NCBI GenBank assembly: GCA_040768245.1 | Contig: JAXGNA010000010.1 | Coordinates: 2,372 to 66,371, forward strand | Source: Methanomassiliicoccales archaeon | GTDB lineage: Archaea; Thermoplasmatota; Thermoplasmata; Methanomassiliicoccales; UBA472 | Length of the DNA: 64,000 nt | Direction: 5' to 3' | Part shown: positions 48,400 to 58,480 of the stretch, in pieces | How positions within the stretch are numbered: the stretch's first letter is position 1 | How the letters are laid out: the number at the start of each line of letters is the position of its first letter | Made by a program: the position numbers and the translations under genes | The notes under the pieces: generated by a model | The model's database searches: none | The model's input: only the letters and a program-made list of their open reading frames with translations | What the model was told of the DNA's origin: nothing

Positions 48400-48452
48400 G
48401 CCAACATTTTTAATCAGTCCTTACAATATCCACGGCAGGAGAAGGGATTCCT

Positions 48453-48986
48453 TTGCCAGACATAAGGGATAGGGTGGAAGACGACCGTGGATTGTTGAAG
48501 AAGATCCAATTGGTCGTCCCGGGATTCCGTGGCTACAGGATCAGGGAGGACCTCAGGGACTCCGATCGCATGCTCAGGGCCGAGCTGGCCAAGAGGCTGG
48601 GGCTGCAGAGGTCCCAGCTGGAGGATGCAAGAAGGGCGCTGGTCCGGGAGAACCCCATGTCCAAGGCCCTGGAGGAGATGGGCGGGGTGGTCAATTCCAT
48701 GAAGAGGGTGGAGGGCGAGATACTCCACGCCGAGGTGGGCTACTCCGGGATCGCCGCTGACATCAGGATGAAGGACGATGAGCTTAACCGGCTTTATGAG
48801 TACGATAACTCGATGATCGAGAGCCTGAACTTCATCGATGACGCGCTGATCAGGGTGCCGGAGATGGTGAGGTCCGGGAACGACGCCGGTCTGCGCGACG
48901 CGGTGGAGACCGTGAGGACCAGGGTGGACGGGCTGGAAAGCCGCTTCAAGCGCCGCAAGGCGGCCATAACTGGAACGGGGCTGTGA
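48453..48986 (+). CDS. Uncharacterised helical protein, first gene of the SPFH operon
   Basis: PGFRGY..REDLR.SD..LR, GYSG, L.RLYEYD; appears all-alpha. Confidence 0.8.
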   Translation: MPDIRDRVEDDRGLLKKIQLVVPGFRGYRIREDLRDSDRMLRAELAKRLGLQRSQLEDARRALVRENPMSKALEEMGGVVNSMKRVEGEILHAEVGYSGIAADIRMKDDELNRLYEYDNSMIESLNFIDDALIRVPEMVRSGNDAGLRDAVETVRTRVDGLESRFKRRKAAITGTGL

Positions 48987-48990
48987 TCAT

Positions 48991-50124
48991 ATGAGCTTGA
49001 TCGGTGCTGAGACATTCAACTGGGAGGACGGGAACAAGCGGAACAACATCATGTACCGCATGCCCCGCAACATAAAGTTCAACGACAACATCGTGGTCCG
49101 GGAGGACGAGATCGCCGTGTTCTACCGGGACGGGAAGGCGCTTGCCTATCTGGACCGTCCTGACCGTTACGCTCTCACCTCTCTAAACGCGCCTATCATC
49201 GGCAAGGTCATCGAGGCTCTGTCGGGGGCAAGGCAACAGGCCGAGGTCGTCTACCTGCAGAAGCGGGCGTTCGACGGAAAGTATGGGAGCAAGCAACCTT
49301 ACCAGTTCCGCGACGCCGAGTTCGGGATGGTAAACCTGCGCGTCTTCGGCGAGTTCCGTTACAAGGTAGGGGCTCCGGAGAACTTCGTCAACCAGTTCGT
49401 GGGGACCTTCAACTTCACCACCTCGGCCGAGGTCGAGGACCGCGTAAAGGAGCAGATGGTGGTGCTGATCTACAACGCCATCGGCGAGCTCAAGAACAAG
49501 GGCATGGGCGTGGCCGATCTGGCCAGTCAGCTCATGAACATCGAGCAGGTGGTGCTGGCCAAGGCCAAGGACCACTTCGAGCTGTACGGCGTGCTCATCG
49601 ACAAGGTATCGGGAATGTACATCTCCCTGCCGGACGAGGTGCAGAAGGCGGTGGACATGCGGGCCTCCATGCAGATCCTGAACACCAACTACGCAACGTA
49701 CCAGGCTGGACAGGCCATGCGCGAGGCCGCCTCCAATCCATCGGGAGGGGCCGCCGCGGCCGGTGTCGGCGTGGGTGCTGGTTTCGGTGCGGGATACATG
49801 ATGGTGGACGCCATGAGGCAAGGAGGGACGGCCCCGCCCGCGGGTGCAGCGCCAGCTGCTCCAGCGGCAGCGGCCGCTCCGACGACGGCCTGTCCCAAGT
49901 GCGCCACTCCCAATCCGGTCGATGCCAAGTTCTGTCGGAACTGCGGCAACAAGATGCAGAACCACACCGTGAAGTGCGGCAAATGCGGCAATGAGGTGCC
50001 ATCCGACTCCAAGTTCTGCCCTGAATGCGGCAACCAGCTGAAGGGCAGCAAGAGCTGCCCCAAGTGCGGCAAGGAGTCACCGATGAACGCCAAGTTCTGC
50101 CCGGAGTGTGGTACCAGCTTCTAA
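48991..50124 (+). CDS. SPFH (band 7, YdjI-like) protein with C-terminal triple zinc ribbon
   Basis: VVRE.E.AVF.RDG, FRD.EFG.V.LR.FG, Gly/Ala-rich linker, three CxxC...KFCxxCG units. Confidence 0.92.
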   Translation: MSLIGAETFNWEDGNKRNNIMYRMPRNIKFNDNIVVREDEIAVFYRDGKALAYLDRPDRYALTSLNAPIIGKVIEALSGARQQAEVVYLQKRAFDGKYGSKQPYQFRDAEFGMVNLRVFGEFRYKVGAPENFVNQFVGTFNFTTSAEVEDRVKEQMVVLIYNAIGELKNKGMGVADLASQLMNIEQVVLAKAKDHFELYGVLIDKVSGMYISLPDEVQKAVDMRASMQILNTNYATYQAGQAMREAASNPSGGAAAAGVGVGAGFGAGYMMVDAMRQGGTAPPAGAAPAAPAAAAAPTTACPKCATPNPVDAKFCRNCGNKMQNHTVKCGKCGNEVPSDSKFCPECGNQLKGSKSCPKCGKESPMNAKFCPECGTSF

Positions 50125-50133
50125 GGTGTTCCG

Positions 50134-50877
50134 ATGGCCAGCATGAAGTGCACCAAATGCGGGGCTCCGGTGGAGTTCGACACCGGCGATAGGTTCGTCA
50201 AGTGCTCCTACTGCTCCTCGCAGATCTTCATCGATAGGTCCGGGGCCGGCTTCTATTACGCGCTCCCGTTCTCCGTCCAGGAGAACGACGCGGTCGGTAT
50301 CTTCCGGCGCTGGGCCGGAGGCTCGACTAGGGCCAAGGACCTGGACAAGCTGGCCCAGATATCGTCGCTTAAAAAACAGTACTTCCCGGTATACCTGTTC
50401 AAGCGGGACGTCAACGGGATGGAGCAGGTGTACGTGGAACCGGCCGCCTCTACGACGTTACCGGGATTGCACAACCTCAAGGTCCCCGGCGGCGACCTGA
50501 AGGTGTTCGACGACAAGTTCAGCACCAACGGGGCGGAGCTGGTGAAGATCGATATTGAGATGGCCTCCTACCTGGGCAACCTTCCCGGGACGGCGAAGGA
50601 GCAGGCCCTGGTGTACTTCCCCATCTGGAGGTTGGATTACGTGTTCGAGCAGAGGAACTATGTGGTGGTCATCAGCGCCTCCTCGGGCGAAGTTTTCTCC
50701 GGAGAGTTCCCGCCGCGCAGCTCGGGAGCGTACCTCGCCGTGGCCGGCCTCGGCTTCGTGGCCTTCCTGGCGGAAGGGATGCTCGCGCTCTTCTCCCCGC
50801 TTCTGGCGGTAGGACTAATCGCCGTGACCATCGTGGGAGTGTTCGCCGCCTCCAATTTCGTCGCCAGGAGGATGTAG
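50134..50877 (+). CDS. Zinc-ribbon protein with C-terminal TM helices (YdjG-like)
   Basis: CTKCG..CSYC; YFPVY and YFPIW motifs; two TM helices. Confidence 0.75.
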   Translation: MASMKCTKCGAPVEFDTGDRFVKCSYCSSQIFIDRSGAGFYYALPFSVQENDAVGIFRRWAGGSTRAKDLDKLAQISSLKKQYFPVYLFKRDVNGMEQVYVEPAASTTLPGLHNLKVPGGDLKVFDDKFSTNGAELVKIDIEMASYLGNLPGTAKEQALVYFPIWRLDYVFEQRNYVVVISASSGEVFSGEFPPRSSGAYLAVAGLGFVAFLAEGMLALFSPLLAVGLIAVTIVGVFAASNFVARRM

Positions 50878-50879
50878 AC

Positions 50880-51884
50880 ATGTCCATCAGTGTCGGCCTC
50901 AATTGCCCGGCCTGCGGTGGGGCGATCCAGATCAGCGAAGGGGAGAACGTCCTGAACTGCAATTACTGCGGTTCTCTGCTATGGGCGGAAGGGGATGCCG
51001 GAGTGATGACCGTGGCCTTCCGCAACGCCCAGGGCCGGGACTCCGTGCTGAGGGCGACCGAGGAATGGTGGCGGAAAGGGTTCAAGGCCAGAGACCTGAG
51101 GACCAAGGGCAAGCTCCTGGAATGCTATCCCATCTATCTGCCTTTCTGGAGCACCACCACTCGAGTGGCCGGCTGGATCTGCGGTTACGAGGAAAGAAGA
51201 CATACCGATCGCAACGGGAACACCCGCACGGAAAGAATTCCGAAGGAGGAGATGGTCCTTCACGATTATCGGTATACCAACATCGCTTGCGACCCCGGCG
51301 ACCTGGGAATCAAGTTCCTGAGGAACGTGAGCGGGGAGGCCTCTTTCGCCGACTTCGAGAGCATACCCACGTTCGAGGTGACCACCAGCAAGGATGACAT
51401 GGTGGAGATGTCCAAGCAGAACGCATTGGGCGATGCGAGAAGCGATGCCAACGTGCCGCATATAACCTTTGAGAAGGTAACGGCGATACCGAAGCAGATC
51501 AGCCAGATATTCTATCCCGTCTGGGTGGTACGATATTCCTACGGGGAGAGGATGTACATGGCCACCGTGGACGGGGTGACCGGGAAGGTATTGTCGGGAA
51601 GGGCGCCAGGGGACGCGCTCTACCAAAGCCTGGCCATGACCGGGGGCACCTCGGTCAGCGGGCTGATCGCCGCCGGCTCCATAGCCTTCGGCATCGGCTC
51701 GGGCGAAGGGAGCATCGCCATCATCGGCCTGGTGGTGGGGGCGGTCATCCTGGGGTTCACATACCGCTTCTTCCGGCACGGTTCGGAGATCATCGAGGGG
51801 GATTTCGATGACAAACGCTCCTCCGACCTGGGGAAGGAGCTCAGGAAAGGGCTGAAGTTCAACGTGGGAGGGTTCCGGATATGA
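50880..51884 (+). CDS. Zinc-ribbon protein with TM hairpin (YdjG-like)
   Basis: CPACG..CNYCG; YLPFW and FYPVW..Y.Y....VDGVTG.V motifs. Confidence 0.75.
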   Translation: MSISVGLNCPACGGAIQISEGENVLNCNYCGSLLWAEGDAGVMTVAFRNAQGRDSVLRATEEWWRKGFKARDLRTKGKLLECYPIYLPFWSTTTRVAGWICGYEERRHTDRNGNTRTERIPKEEMVLHDYRYTNIACDPGDLGIKFLRNVSGEASFADFESIPTFEVTTSKDDMVEMSKQNALGDARSDANVPHITFEKVTAIPKQISQIFYPVWVVRYSYGERMYMATVDGVTGKVLSGRAPGDALYQSLAMTGGTSVSGLIAAGSIAFGIGSGEGSIAIIGLVVGAVILGFTYRFFRHGSEIIEGDFDDKRSSDLGKELRKGLKFNVGGFRI

Positions 51885-52468
51885 AGGTCATTCAGGTCAA
51901 ATGTCCCCGGTGCCAGCAGCCTATATACTCCAAGGTGAAGGACCGGGCGTTCTACTGCGGCCATTGCCGCACCATGCACATCCGCAACGGAGGGCCGAAC
52001 GTGATAGAGTTCGACATCGGCGAGTTCAGCATGAACGCGCCGCCAGACCGCATGTACATGCCCTTCTGGAGGCTGTTCTCCACCTTCTCCATAAACCAGT
52101 CCAAGGTGGCCGGCGGAACCTTCCACAAGCTCAACCGGATGATGAAGGGGGACGCCAAGGGCGGCAACCTGTTCATCTACGTTCCGGCCTGGGAGACGGA
52201 GATCGGGGAGTTCAAGCACTGGTCCGTCGGCCTCACTGAAAATCAGCCGATGTACTCGCTGCGCCAGGACTTCAACAACGTGGAGAGGTGGCCCACCTCG
52301 GTCTCCAAGGAGGAGGCCATGCAGTTGGCCGACTTCGTCATAGTCACCATGGAAGCGGAGAGGCCTGGCACCCTGCAGTACCTGGATTACGGGCTGCAGG
52401 TGCACGACGCTCGTCTGGTCTACGTTCCGTTCGTACGAGGACCTTCGGGACTGGCCCCCGGGTTCTGA
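51881..52468 (+). CDS. Soluble zinc-ribbon protein, paralog of the two upstream genes
   Basis: CPRC..CGHC; YMPFW and VYVPF motifs. Confidence 0.72.
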   Translation: MKVIQVKCPRCQQPIYSKVKDRAFYCGHCRTMHIRNGGPNVIEFDIGEFSMNAPPDRMYMPFWRLFSTFSINQSKVAGGTFHKLNRMMKGDAKGGNLFIYVPAWETEIGEFKHWSVGLTENQPMYSLRQDFNNVERWPTSVSKEEAMQLADFVIVTMEAERPGTLQYLDYGLQVHDARLVYVPFVRGPSGLAPGF

Positions 52469-52509
52469 GCGTACAAAGGTTGAATATCAGTTGATGGATA
52501 TTATCGCGC

Positions 52510-53058
52510 ATGGCCGAGCTTCGCCTCAGCAAGGGGCTTATCGCCGCTATCGTCGCCATCGTAGCGGTGCTCATCGTGGTAATGATGGTCGCATTGTCCT
52601 ACAACGGCATGGTCTCCAAGCAGCAAGGTGTAGAGAATGCCTGGGGAAACATAGAGGCACGATACCAGAGGAGGATCGAGCTGATCCCTCAGGTGCAATC
52701 GGCCATGAACCTGTCCATCGAATTCCAGGCCAATCTGTTCCAGAACATCACCGAAGCACGCACCAGGTGGCTAGCATCAATAGGTAATGTGCCTGAACAG
52801 CTGAACGCCACAGAAGTATTGGACCGCAACCTGGCTATCCTGGTGGCCACCTATGAGAACTATCCCCAGCTGGACCTCGGTGTCATTCAGGCCTTCGTCG
52901 CCGAGCTCTCCTCCACGCAGGGAATGATAGACGCGGCAAGGATATTCTACAACGACGCTGTCCGGGAGTACAATACGGCCATCAAGAAGTTCCCCAACGT
53001 GATGTTCGCAGGAATGTTCGGCTTCGAGGAAGCGGTCTACTACTCGCAAGGGATGTGA
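52510..53058 (+). CDS. lemA: LemA family protein
   Basis: N-terminal TM, YNGMV, AW.NIE..YQRR..LIP, ENYP.L, YN.AV..YN..I..FP. Confidence 0.92.
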   Translation: MAELRLSKGLIAAIVAIVAVLIVVMMVALSYNGMVSKQQGVENAWGNIEARYQRRIELIPQVQSAMNLSIEFQANLFQNITEARTRWLASIGNVPEQLNATEVLDRNLAILVATYENYPQLDLGVIQAFVAELSSTQGMIDAARIFYNDAVREYNTAIKKFPNVMFAGMFGFEEAVYYSQGM

Positions 53059-53066
53059 ACCGTTAA

Positions 53067-53804
53067 ATGCGCGTTTCGCGCCCGATAGCTATCGCGATAA
53101 CCGCCGTGTTCATAGTAGCCATGCTCATACTGGCAGGCTTTGTCATATGGAGCTATTTCCAACCCGATCCTCGTTTCGAAGGTATTCCCGAGCTTGAGTA
53201 CTATGTAACCGACGAAGTGGGAGTCCTCTACAACTACTACGATGTCGAGGATATCTGTTACACGGTCGATGTGGAAACCTCATGCGAGATGGCAGTGCTG
53301 GTGGTGAACAGCACCTTGCCTAGGAGCGCCAACGAGTTCGCTCTCCGCACGTTCCAAATGAACGAAATTGGCAAGGAAGGTAAGGACAACGGGGTGCTCA
53401 TCCTGATCGTGGCCAGTACCAGGGAATGGAAAGTGGAGGTCGGTTACGGTCTGGAGGGCGTCATCACCCCCACCTTCCTCAACCAGGTAGCTACGGATTA
53501 CGTCGTTCCCTACCTGGAGGATGATGATTATGGCGAAGGGGTCTACAACATGGCCCTTTTCATCGGCACCGAAATAATGGATAAATACGAAGGGTCTGAA
53601 TCTGGTGATCCCGCCTTCCCTATAGGTTGGGTCCCGCTGACCACTCTGCAATGGGTACTCTTGATAATCGGTCTGGTGGCCATCACCATCATCACTAAAG
53701 GAAGGATCTGGCTGCTTCTTTTCTTCGTATTGACCCTCGGGCGCGGAGGGGGAGGTTTCGGTGGAGGGCGTTCTGGAGGTGGCGGCGGAGGTGGGAGGTT
53801 CTGA
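53067..53804 (+). CDS. TPM-domain membrane protein (YgcG-like)
   Basis: V.D..GVL, IGK.GKDNGVL.L, EVGYGLEG; Gly-rich tail FGGGRSGGGG. Confidence 0.92.
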   Translation: MRVSRPIAIAITAVFIVAMLILAGFVIWSYFQPDPRFEGIPELEYYVTDEVGVLYNYYDVEDICYTVDVETSCEMAVLVVNSTLPRSANEFALRTFQMNEIGKEGKDNGVLILIVASTREWKVEVGYGLEGVITPTFLNQVATDYVVPYLEDDDYGEGVYNMALFIGTEIMDKYEGSESGDPAFPIGWVPLTTLQWVLLIIGLVAITIITKGRIWLLLFFVLTLGRGGGGFGGGRSGGGGGGGRF

Positions 53805-53882
53805 ATGATTTCAGAACCGTCCTCCCTTGTCAACAACCTTTAACTAATCTCTTATTAATCAGCCAAAAAGTCAGGTGCACAG

Positions 53883-56759
53883 ATGTCCGCAAGGTCCAGT
53901 GAGGTAGAGGCGAAGTGGCAGGAACGTTGGTACGCTGCGCGCATCAACGAGGTCGAGAACGACGGCCGGCCCAAGTTCATGTTGATCTTCGCTTACCCCG
54001 GGGTGACCGGATATCTGCACGTCGGGCACATGCGCGGCTTCACCTACGTGGACGCCATCGCCCGCTTCAAGCGCCTGGAAGGCTACAACGTGATGTTCCC
54101 GGTCGGCACTCACGCCACCGGCAACGGCGCGATAAGCCTGGCGGCACGCATCGCCCGCGGGGACCAGAAGACCATCGACTACCTCTGTGGGAACACTTGT
54201 CCGGTCGACATGCTCGATTCACTGAAGGACCCCGTGAAAGTGGTGGAGTTCTTCAATGAGGTCTACGTCAACCAGTACTGGAAGCGCTTCGGCTTCATGT
54301 GCGACTGGAGGCGCTTCACCTCCACGGTGCGTCCGGACTACCAGATGTTCATACAGTGGCAGTTCCGCAAGTTGATGCAGAAGGGGCTGCTCATCCAGAA
54401 GCCCTATTACGCGCCGGCATGCGTGGTCCACGGCCCGGTGGCCATCGACGCCTCCGAAACGGACATCCAGTGCGGCGGTTCGGCCGAAACGGTGGAATAC
54501 ACCCTGCTCAAGTTCAAGTGCGGCGACATGTACCTGGTTGCCGCCACCCTGAGGCCGGAGACGGTATTCGGGCAGACCAACTTCTGGGTGAACCCCAACG
54601 CCGATTATGTCAAGGTCAAGGTCGGAGAGGAGATCTGGGTGGTCAGCGAGGACGCTTATTTCAAGCTCGGCTACCAGATGGATGGCATCCAAAGGATCTC
54701 ATCGATCAAGGGCTCCGAGCTCATCGGGCTCAAGTGCGTGGCGCCCATGGTGCGCCGGGAGATCCTCACGCTACCGGCGGACTTCGTCGACCCTGGCGTG
54801 GGAACCGGTCTGGTCACCTCCGTCCCGTCCGACTCCCCGGACGACTGGATATCCCTGAGGGCGGTACAGCAGGACGACGGCCTTCTGGACCGTTTCGGTC
54901 TGGACAAGGCGGCGGTGAGGGCGATAGGGCCGATAGCCATCATCGAGATGAAGGGCTGGTCCGACCTTCCCGCGGTCGAGGTGACGGAGAAGATGGGCAT
55001 AACCGCTCCCGGCGATCCCAAACTGGAGGAGGCCAAGAAGCTGGTGTACAAGGACGGTTTCCACACCGGCAAGATGAACTCCACCGCCGGGGACTACGCC
55101 GGGCTTCCGGTGATGGAGGCCAAGGAGCGCATGAAGCAGGCCATGATCGCCTCCGGCGAGGCGGCCGTGATGTACGACCTATCGGAGAACGTCACCTGCC
55201 GCTGCGGGGAACGCGTGGTCATAAAGAAGGTCGATGACCAGTGGTTCATCGATTACGCCAACGCGGAAGCGACCGCCGCCTCCAAGGAGCAGGCCAAGAA
55301 CATGGAGATATTTCCCATCGAGTATTACCAGAACATCCACGGCGTTCTTGACTGGTTCCGGGAACGGGCCTGCGTCCGTCAAGGGAACTGGATCGGCACC
55401 AAGTTCCCCTTCGACGAGAAATGGATCATCGAGGCCATCTCCGATTCCACGCTCTACCCGATCTACTATACCATATCCAAGTTCGCCAATGACGGTTCGA
55501 TCAAGGCCGAGCAGATGACCGAGGAGTTCTTCGACCATGTCATCCTGGACAAGGGTGAGGTGGGCGCTGTCTCCGCCTCCACCGGGATCGGTCCTGGTAT
55601 GCTTAAGAAGATCCGGGACGACGTGCATTACTGGTACCCTCTGGACCTCAATCTGGGCGGCAAGGAGCATCTGACCGTGCACTTCCCGGCCTTCCTGATG
55701 AACCACGTGGCGCTGCTGCCCAAAGAAATGTGGCCCCGGGGGATCTTCGTCAACTGGTGGGTGATGGGAAAGGGAGGAAAGATCTCCAAGTCCAAGGGCG
55801 GCGCCCAGCCTATCCCGGGCGCGGCGGAGGAGTTCGGGGTGGATGCCCTACGTCTCTATTACGCGCACATCGCCTCGCCCTTCGCGGATGTCGACTGGGA
55901 CAACGAGGCCGTGGAGGGATACACCGCCCGCACCGAGAAGATGGAACGGACGCTACTTGACCTCATGTCCCTGGACGGGCCGCAAAGCGATGTCGACGGC
56001 TGGATGATATCCCGCATGGCCTCTCGCGTTCAGCGGGTCAGGGAGATGATGCGCACCTACGACCTGCGCTCCATGGCCAACGAGGTCTACTTCGAAGCGT
56101 TCAACGACCTGCGCTGGTACCAGAGGAGGGGGGGCTGTCACGCCCCCACCATCAAGCGGGTCCTGGACCTGCTGATCCCGCTGATGATGCCCATCACCCC
56201 GCACACCGCCGAGGAGCTGTGGGAGGCATCCGGCCATAAGGACCTGGTGTCCGCTTCACTGCTTCCTAAGATCGAGGAAGGGGAGATCGACGTCTCCAAG
56301 GAACGGGCCGAGGACTACCTGCGGGCGATGATGGACGACGCCAACGAGATCCTCAAGGTCACTGGCATTAAGCCGACCCGGATGACGCTGTTCACCACCG
56401 CCCCCTGGAAGCGCGAGGTCGTTTCCATGGCCGCGGAACTTCATGAGAAGGCCGAGCTCAAGGTGCCCACCCTCACCAAGATGGCCATGGCCCAGGAGTC
56501 CGTTCGGGTCAAAGGAAAGGAGGCCTCCGACTTCGCCAGGAAGACCGCCGAGGACCTCATGAAGAGGTCGCCCGCAGAGGCCAGGAAGATGGCGCAGCGG
56601 TTCGATGAGCTTTCGTTCCTATCAGCGAGCAGGGAGTTCCTGGAAAAGGAGTACGGCTGCGCGGTGGCGGTTCACGAGGCGGGAGAGCCCGGTATCGCGG
56701 ACCCTCAGAACAAGGCCAGGCAAGCGGCGCCATGGCGCCCGGCCATCCTGGTGGAGTGA
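53883..56759 (+). CDS. leuS: Leucyl-tRNA synthetase (archaeal type)
   Basis: AYP...G.LHVGH, ATLRPET..GQTN.W, GTG.V.SVP, E..SDST.Y, KISKSKG, K...A.P.RPAI.VE. Confidence 0.97.
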   Translation: MSARSSEVEAKWQERWYAARINEVENDGRPKFMLIFAYPGVTGYLHVGHMRGFTYVDAIARFKRLEGYNVMFPVGTHATGNGAISLAARIARGDQKTIDYLCGNTCPVDMLDSLKDPVKVVEFFNEVYVNQYWKRFGFMCDWRRFTSTVRPDYQMFIQWQFRKLMQKGLLIQKPYYAPACVVHGPVAIDASETDIQCGGSAETVEYTLLKFKCGDMYLVAATLRPETVFGQTNFWVNPNADYVKVKVGEEIWVVSEDAYFKLGYQMDGIQRISSIKGSELIGLKCVAPMVRREILTLPADFVDPGVGTGLVTSVPSDSPDDWISLRAVQQDDGLLDRFGLDKAAVRAIGPIAIIEMKGWSDLPAVEVTEKMGITAPGDPKLEEAKKLVYKDGFHTGKMNSTAGDYAGLPVMEAKERMKQAMIASGEAAVMYDLSENVTCRCGERVVIKKVDDQWFIDYANAEATAASKEQAKNMEIFPIEYYQNIHGVLDWFRERACVRQGNWIGTKFPFDEKWIIEAISDSTLYPIYYTISKFANDGSIKAEQMTEEFFDHVILDKGEVGAVSASTGIGPGMLKKIRDDVHYWYPLDLNLGGKEHLTVHFPAFLMNHVALLPKEMWPRGIFVNWWVMGKGGKISKSKGGAQPIPGAAEEFGVDALRLYYAHIASPFADVDWDNEAVEGYTARTEKMERTLLDLMSLDGPQSDVDGWMISRMASRVQRVREMMRTYDLRSMANEVYFEAFNDLRWYQRRGGCHAPTIKRVLDLLIPLMMPITPHTAEELWEASGHKDLVSASLLPKIEEGEIDVSKERAEDYLRAMMDDANEILKVTGIKPTRMTLFTTAPWKREVVSMAAELHEKAELKVPTLTKMAMAQESVRVKGKEASDFARKTAEDLMKRSPAEARKMAQRFDELSFLSASREFLEKEYGCAVAVHEAGEPGIADPQNKARQAAPWRPAILVE

Positions 56760-57305
56760 TCAGTCGCCCCAGCGCTTGAACAGCTGATGCGGCTGGCCCA
56801 GTTGGTCCAGTATCTTGCCGACCAGGAAATTGACCAGGTCCTCCACCGTCTGTGGTCTGGGATAAAACCCGGGGCTGGCCGGCAGTATGGTCGCCCCGTC
56901 CTCCGCCAGGCGCAGTGAGTTCCTGAGCATGATGGTGCTCTGCGGTGTTTCCCTAGGGACCACCACGAGCTTGCGGCGCTCCTTCATGCACACCGCCGCC
57001 GCCCTGGTGACCAGATTGTCGGCTATGCCGGTGGCGATCTTGGCCAGAGTGGACTCGGAGCACGGGCAGATGACCATGGCGTCGAAGCGATGGCTGCCCG
57101 AGGCGACCGGGGCGAACAGCTCATCCTCGTGATACACGTCGTCGGCCATCTGGAGCACCTGCTCCACGGTGTAATCGGTCTCCGCCTCCAGGATCCGTTT
57201 CGCCGTCTCGGTGATGATGAGCGCCTTCTCGCCTTCCAACTCCTCGAGCAACCGTATACCGTACACAATGCCCGAGGCCCCGGTGATAGCCACTACGGTC
57301 TTCAC
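56760..57305 (-). CDS. ubiX: Flavin prenyltransferase
   Basis: AITGASG..YG, ASGS, PCS..TLA.IA.G, RAA.V..KE.R, PRETP, PGFY..P. Confidence 0.95.
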   Translation of the reverse strand: MKTVVAITGASGIVYGIRLLEELEGEKALIITETAKRILEAETDYTVEQVLQMADDVYHEDELFAPVASGSHRFDAMVICPCSESTLAKIATGIADNLVTRAAAVCMKERRKLVVVPRETPQSTIMLRNSLRLAEDGATILPASPGFYPRPQTVEDLVNFLVGKILDQLGQPHQLFKRWGD

Positions 57306-57551
57306 GCTCCCAATTAAGCACTGACGCGTATTTCAAATCTTACGCCCGGCATCCCGAAACGTTCTTCAATATCGGCGATGATGGCGATGAAAGCCAAATG
57401 AGAGATTGGCTCGGTCCCGCCTCGCCCTCTCTCTGGTACGGGCACCAGAAGGGCTTTGGAGGACAAGAATCCTTATATAGGGGTACCATATTAGTGGCCG
57501 AACATACCATTTGGTCTAGTCTATATCTGAAGTTCATTGAGGTTGGTTAAG

Positions 57552-57974
57552 ATGGTTACGGTCTATGATGTGCCCTCCGAGAAGCTGATCGCAAACGTGG
57601 CCCAGAAGTTGAAGGACTCTGGGGCGGTGAACCCTCCCGAGTGGGCGGAGTTCGCCAAGACCGGCGTTCACACGGAGAAGGCGCCGATCCAAGCCGACTG
57701 GTGGTACACCAGGGCGGCCTCTGTGCTGAGAAAGGTCTATGTCAAGGGGCCTATCGGAACGTCCAAGCTGGCCGCGGAGTACGGCGGCTTCAACGACCGC
57801 GGGTCCAAGCCGAACAAGGCCGTCAAGGGAAGCCGCTCCATAGTCAGGAGGTCCCTGATGCAGCTGGAGTCGGCCGGCCTGGTCGCCAAGAACAAGAACA
57901 ACGGCCGCGTGGTCACCCCCAAGGGCCAGGCCCTTCTGGACAACGCGGCCAAGGAAGTCAGCGACTCCAACTGA
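57552..57974 (+). CDS. rps19e: 30S ribosomal protein S19e
   Basis: TVYDVP, P.WA.F.KTG.H.E..P, WWY.R.AS.LRK.Y. Confidence 0.97.
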   Translation: MVTVYDVPSEKLIANVAQKLKDSGAVNPPEWAEFAKTGVHTEKAPIQADWWYTRAASVLRKVYVKGPIGTSKLAAEYGGFNDRGSKPNKAVKGSRSIVRRSLMQLESAGLVAKNKNNGRVVTPKGQALLDNAAKEVSDSN

Positions 57975-57982
57975 ACGAGGTG

Positions 57983-58318
57983 ATGTCCGTGGACGATGCT
58001 GAGCTCATGGAACTGCGCCGGCGGAAGATGGCCGAGATGCAGCGCCAGGGAGAGCAGCAGGCCATGATGGAACAGCAGGCCCAGGCCATGGAGGCCCAGC
58101 GGCAGGCGATCCTTCGCCAGCTTCTGACCCCCGAGGCAAGGGACCGGCTGGCCAACGTCCGCATGGCCTACCCGGACATAGCCCGCTCCGTCGAGGACCA
58201 GCTCATCAGGCTGGCCCAGAACGGGCAGATAAACTCGCAGATAGACGAACCTACCCTGAAGCAGATACTCAGGAAGGTCTCCCCTCAGAAGAGGGAAATT
58301 AACATTGAGAGGAAGTAA
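57983..58318 (+). CDS. PDCD5-family DNA-binding protein
   Basis: EL..LRR.KM, LRQ.LTPEAR.RL; conserved position after rps19e. Confidence 0.93.
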   Translation: MSVDDAELMELRRRKMAEMQRQGEQQAMMEQQAQAMEAQRQAILRQLLTPEARDRLANVRMAYPDIARSVEDQLIRLAQNGQINSQIDEPTLKQILRKVSPQKREINIERK

Positions 58319-58319
58319 T

Positions 58320-58475
58320 ATGGCACGCAACAAGCCCGCCGCCATGAAGGCGCGATTGATGAAGAAGCTGAAGCAGAACCGCCGGGTGCCGGCATGGGTC
58401 ATGATGAGGACCGACCGGACCTTCCTGCGCCACCCCATGAGAAGGAACTGGCGCCACAGCAAGCTGAAGGAGTGA
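58320..58475 (+). CDS. rpl39e: 50S ribosomal protein L39e (51 aa, absent from ORF track)
   Basis: [51 protein letters not shown]. Confidence 0.96.
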   Translation: MARNKPAAMKARLMKKLKQNRRVPAWVMMRTDRTFLRHPMRRNWRHSKLKE

Positions 58476-58480
58476 GCTAG

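Noticed and set aside
53741-53800. G-rich tract as a DNA repeat or G-quadruplex element
   Set aside because: It encodes the usual Gly-rich tail of TPM-domain proteins.
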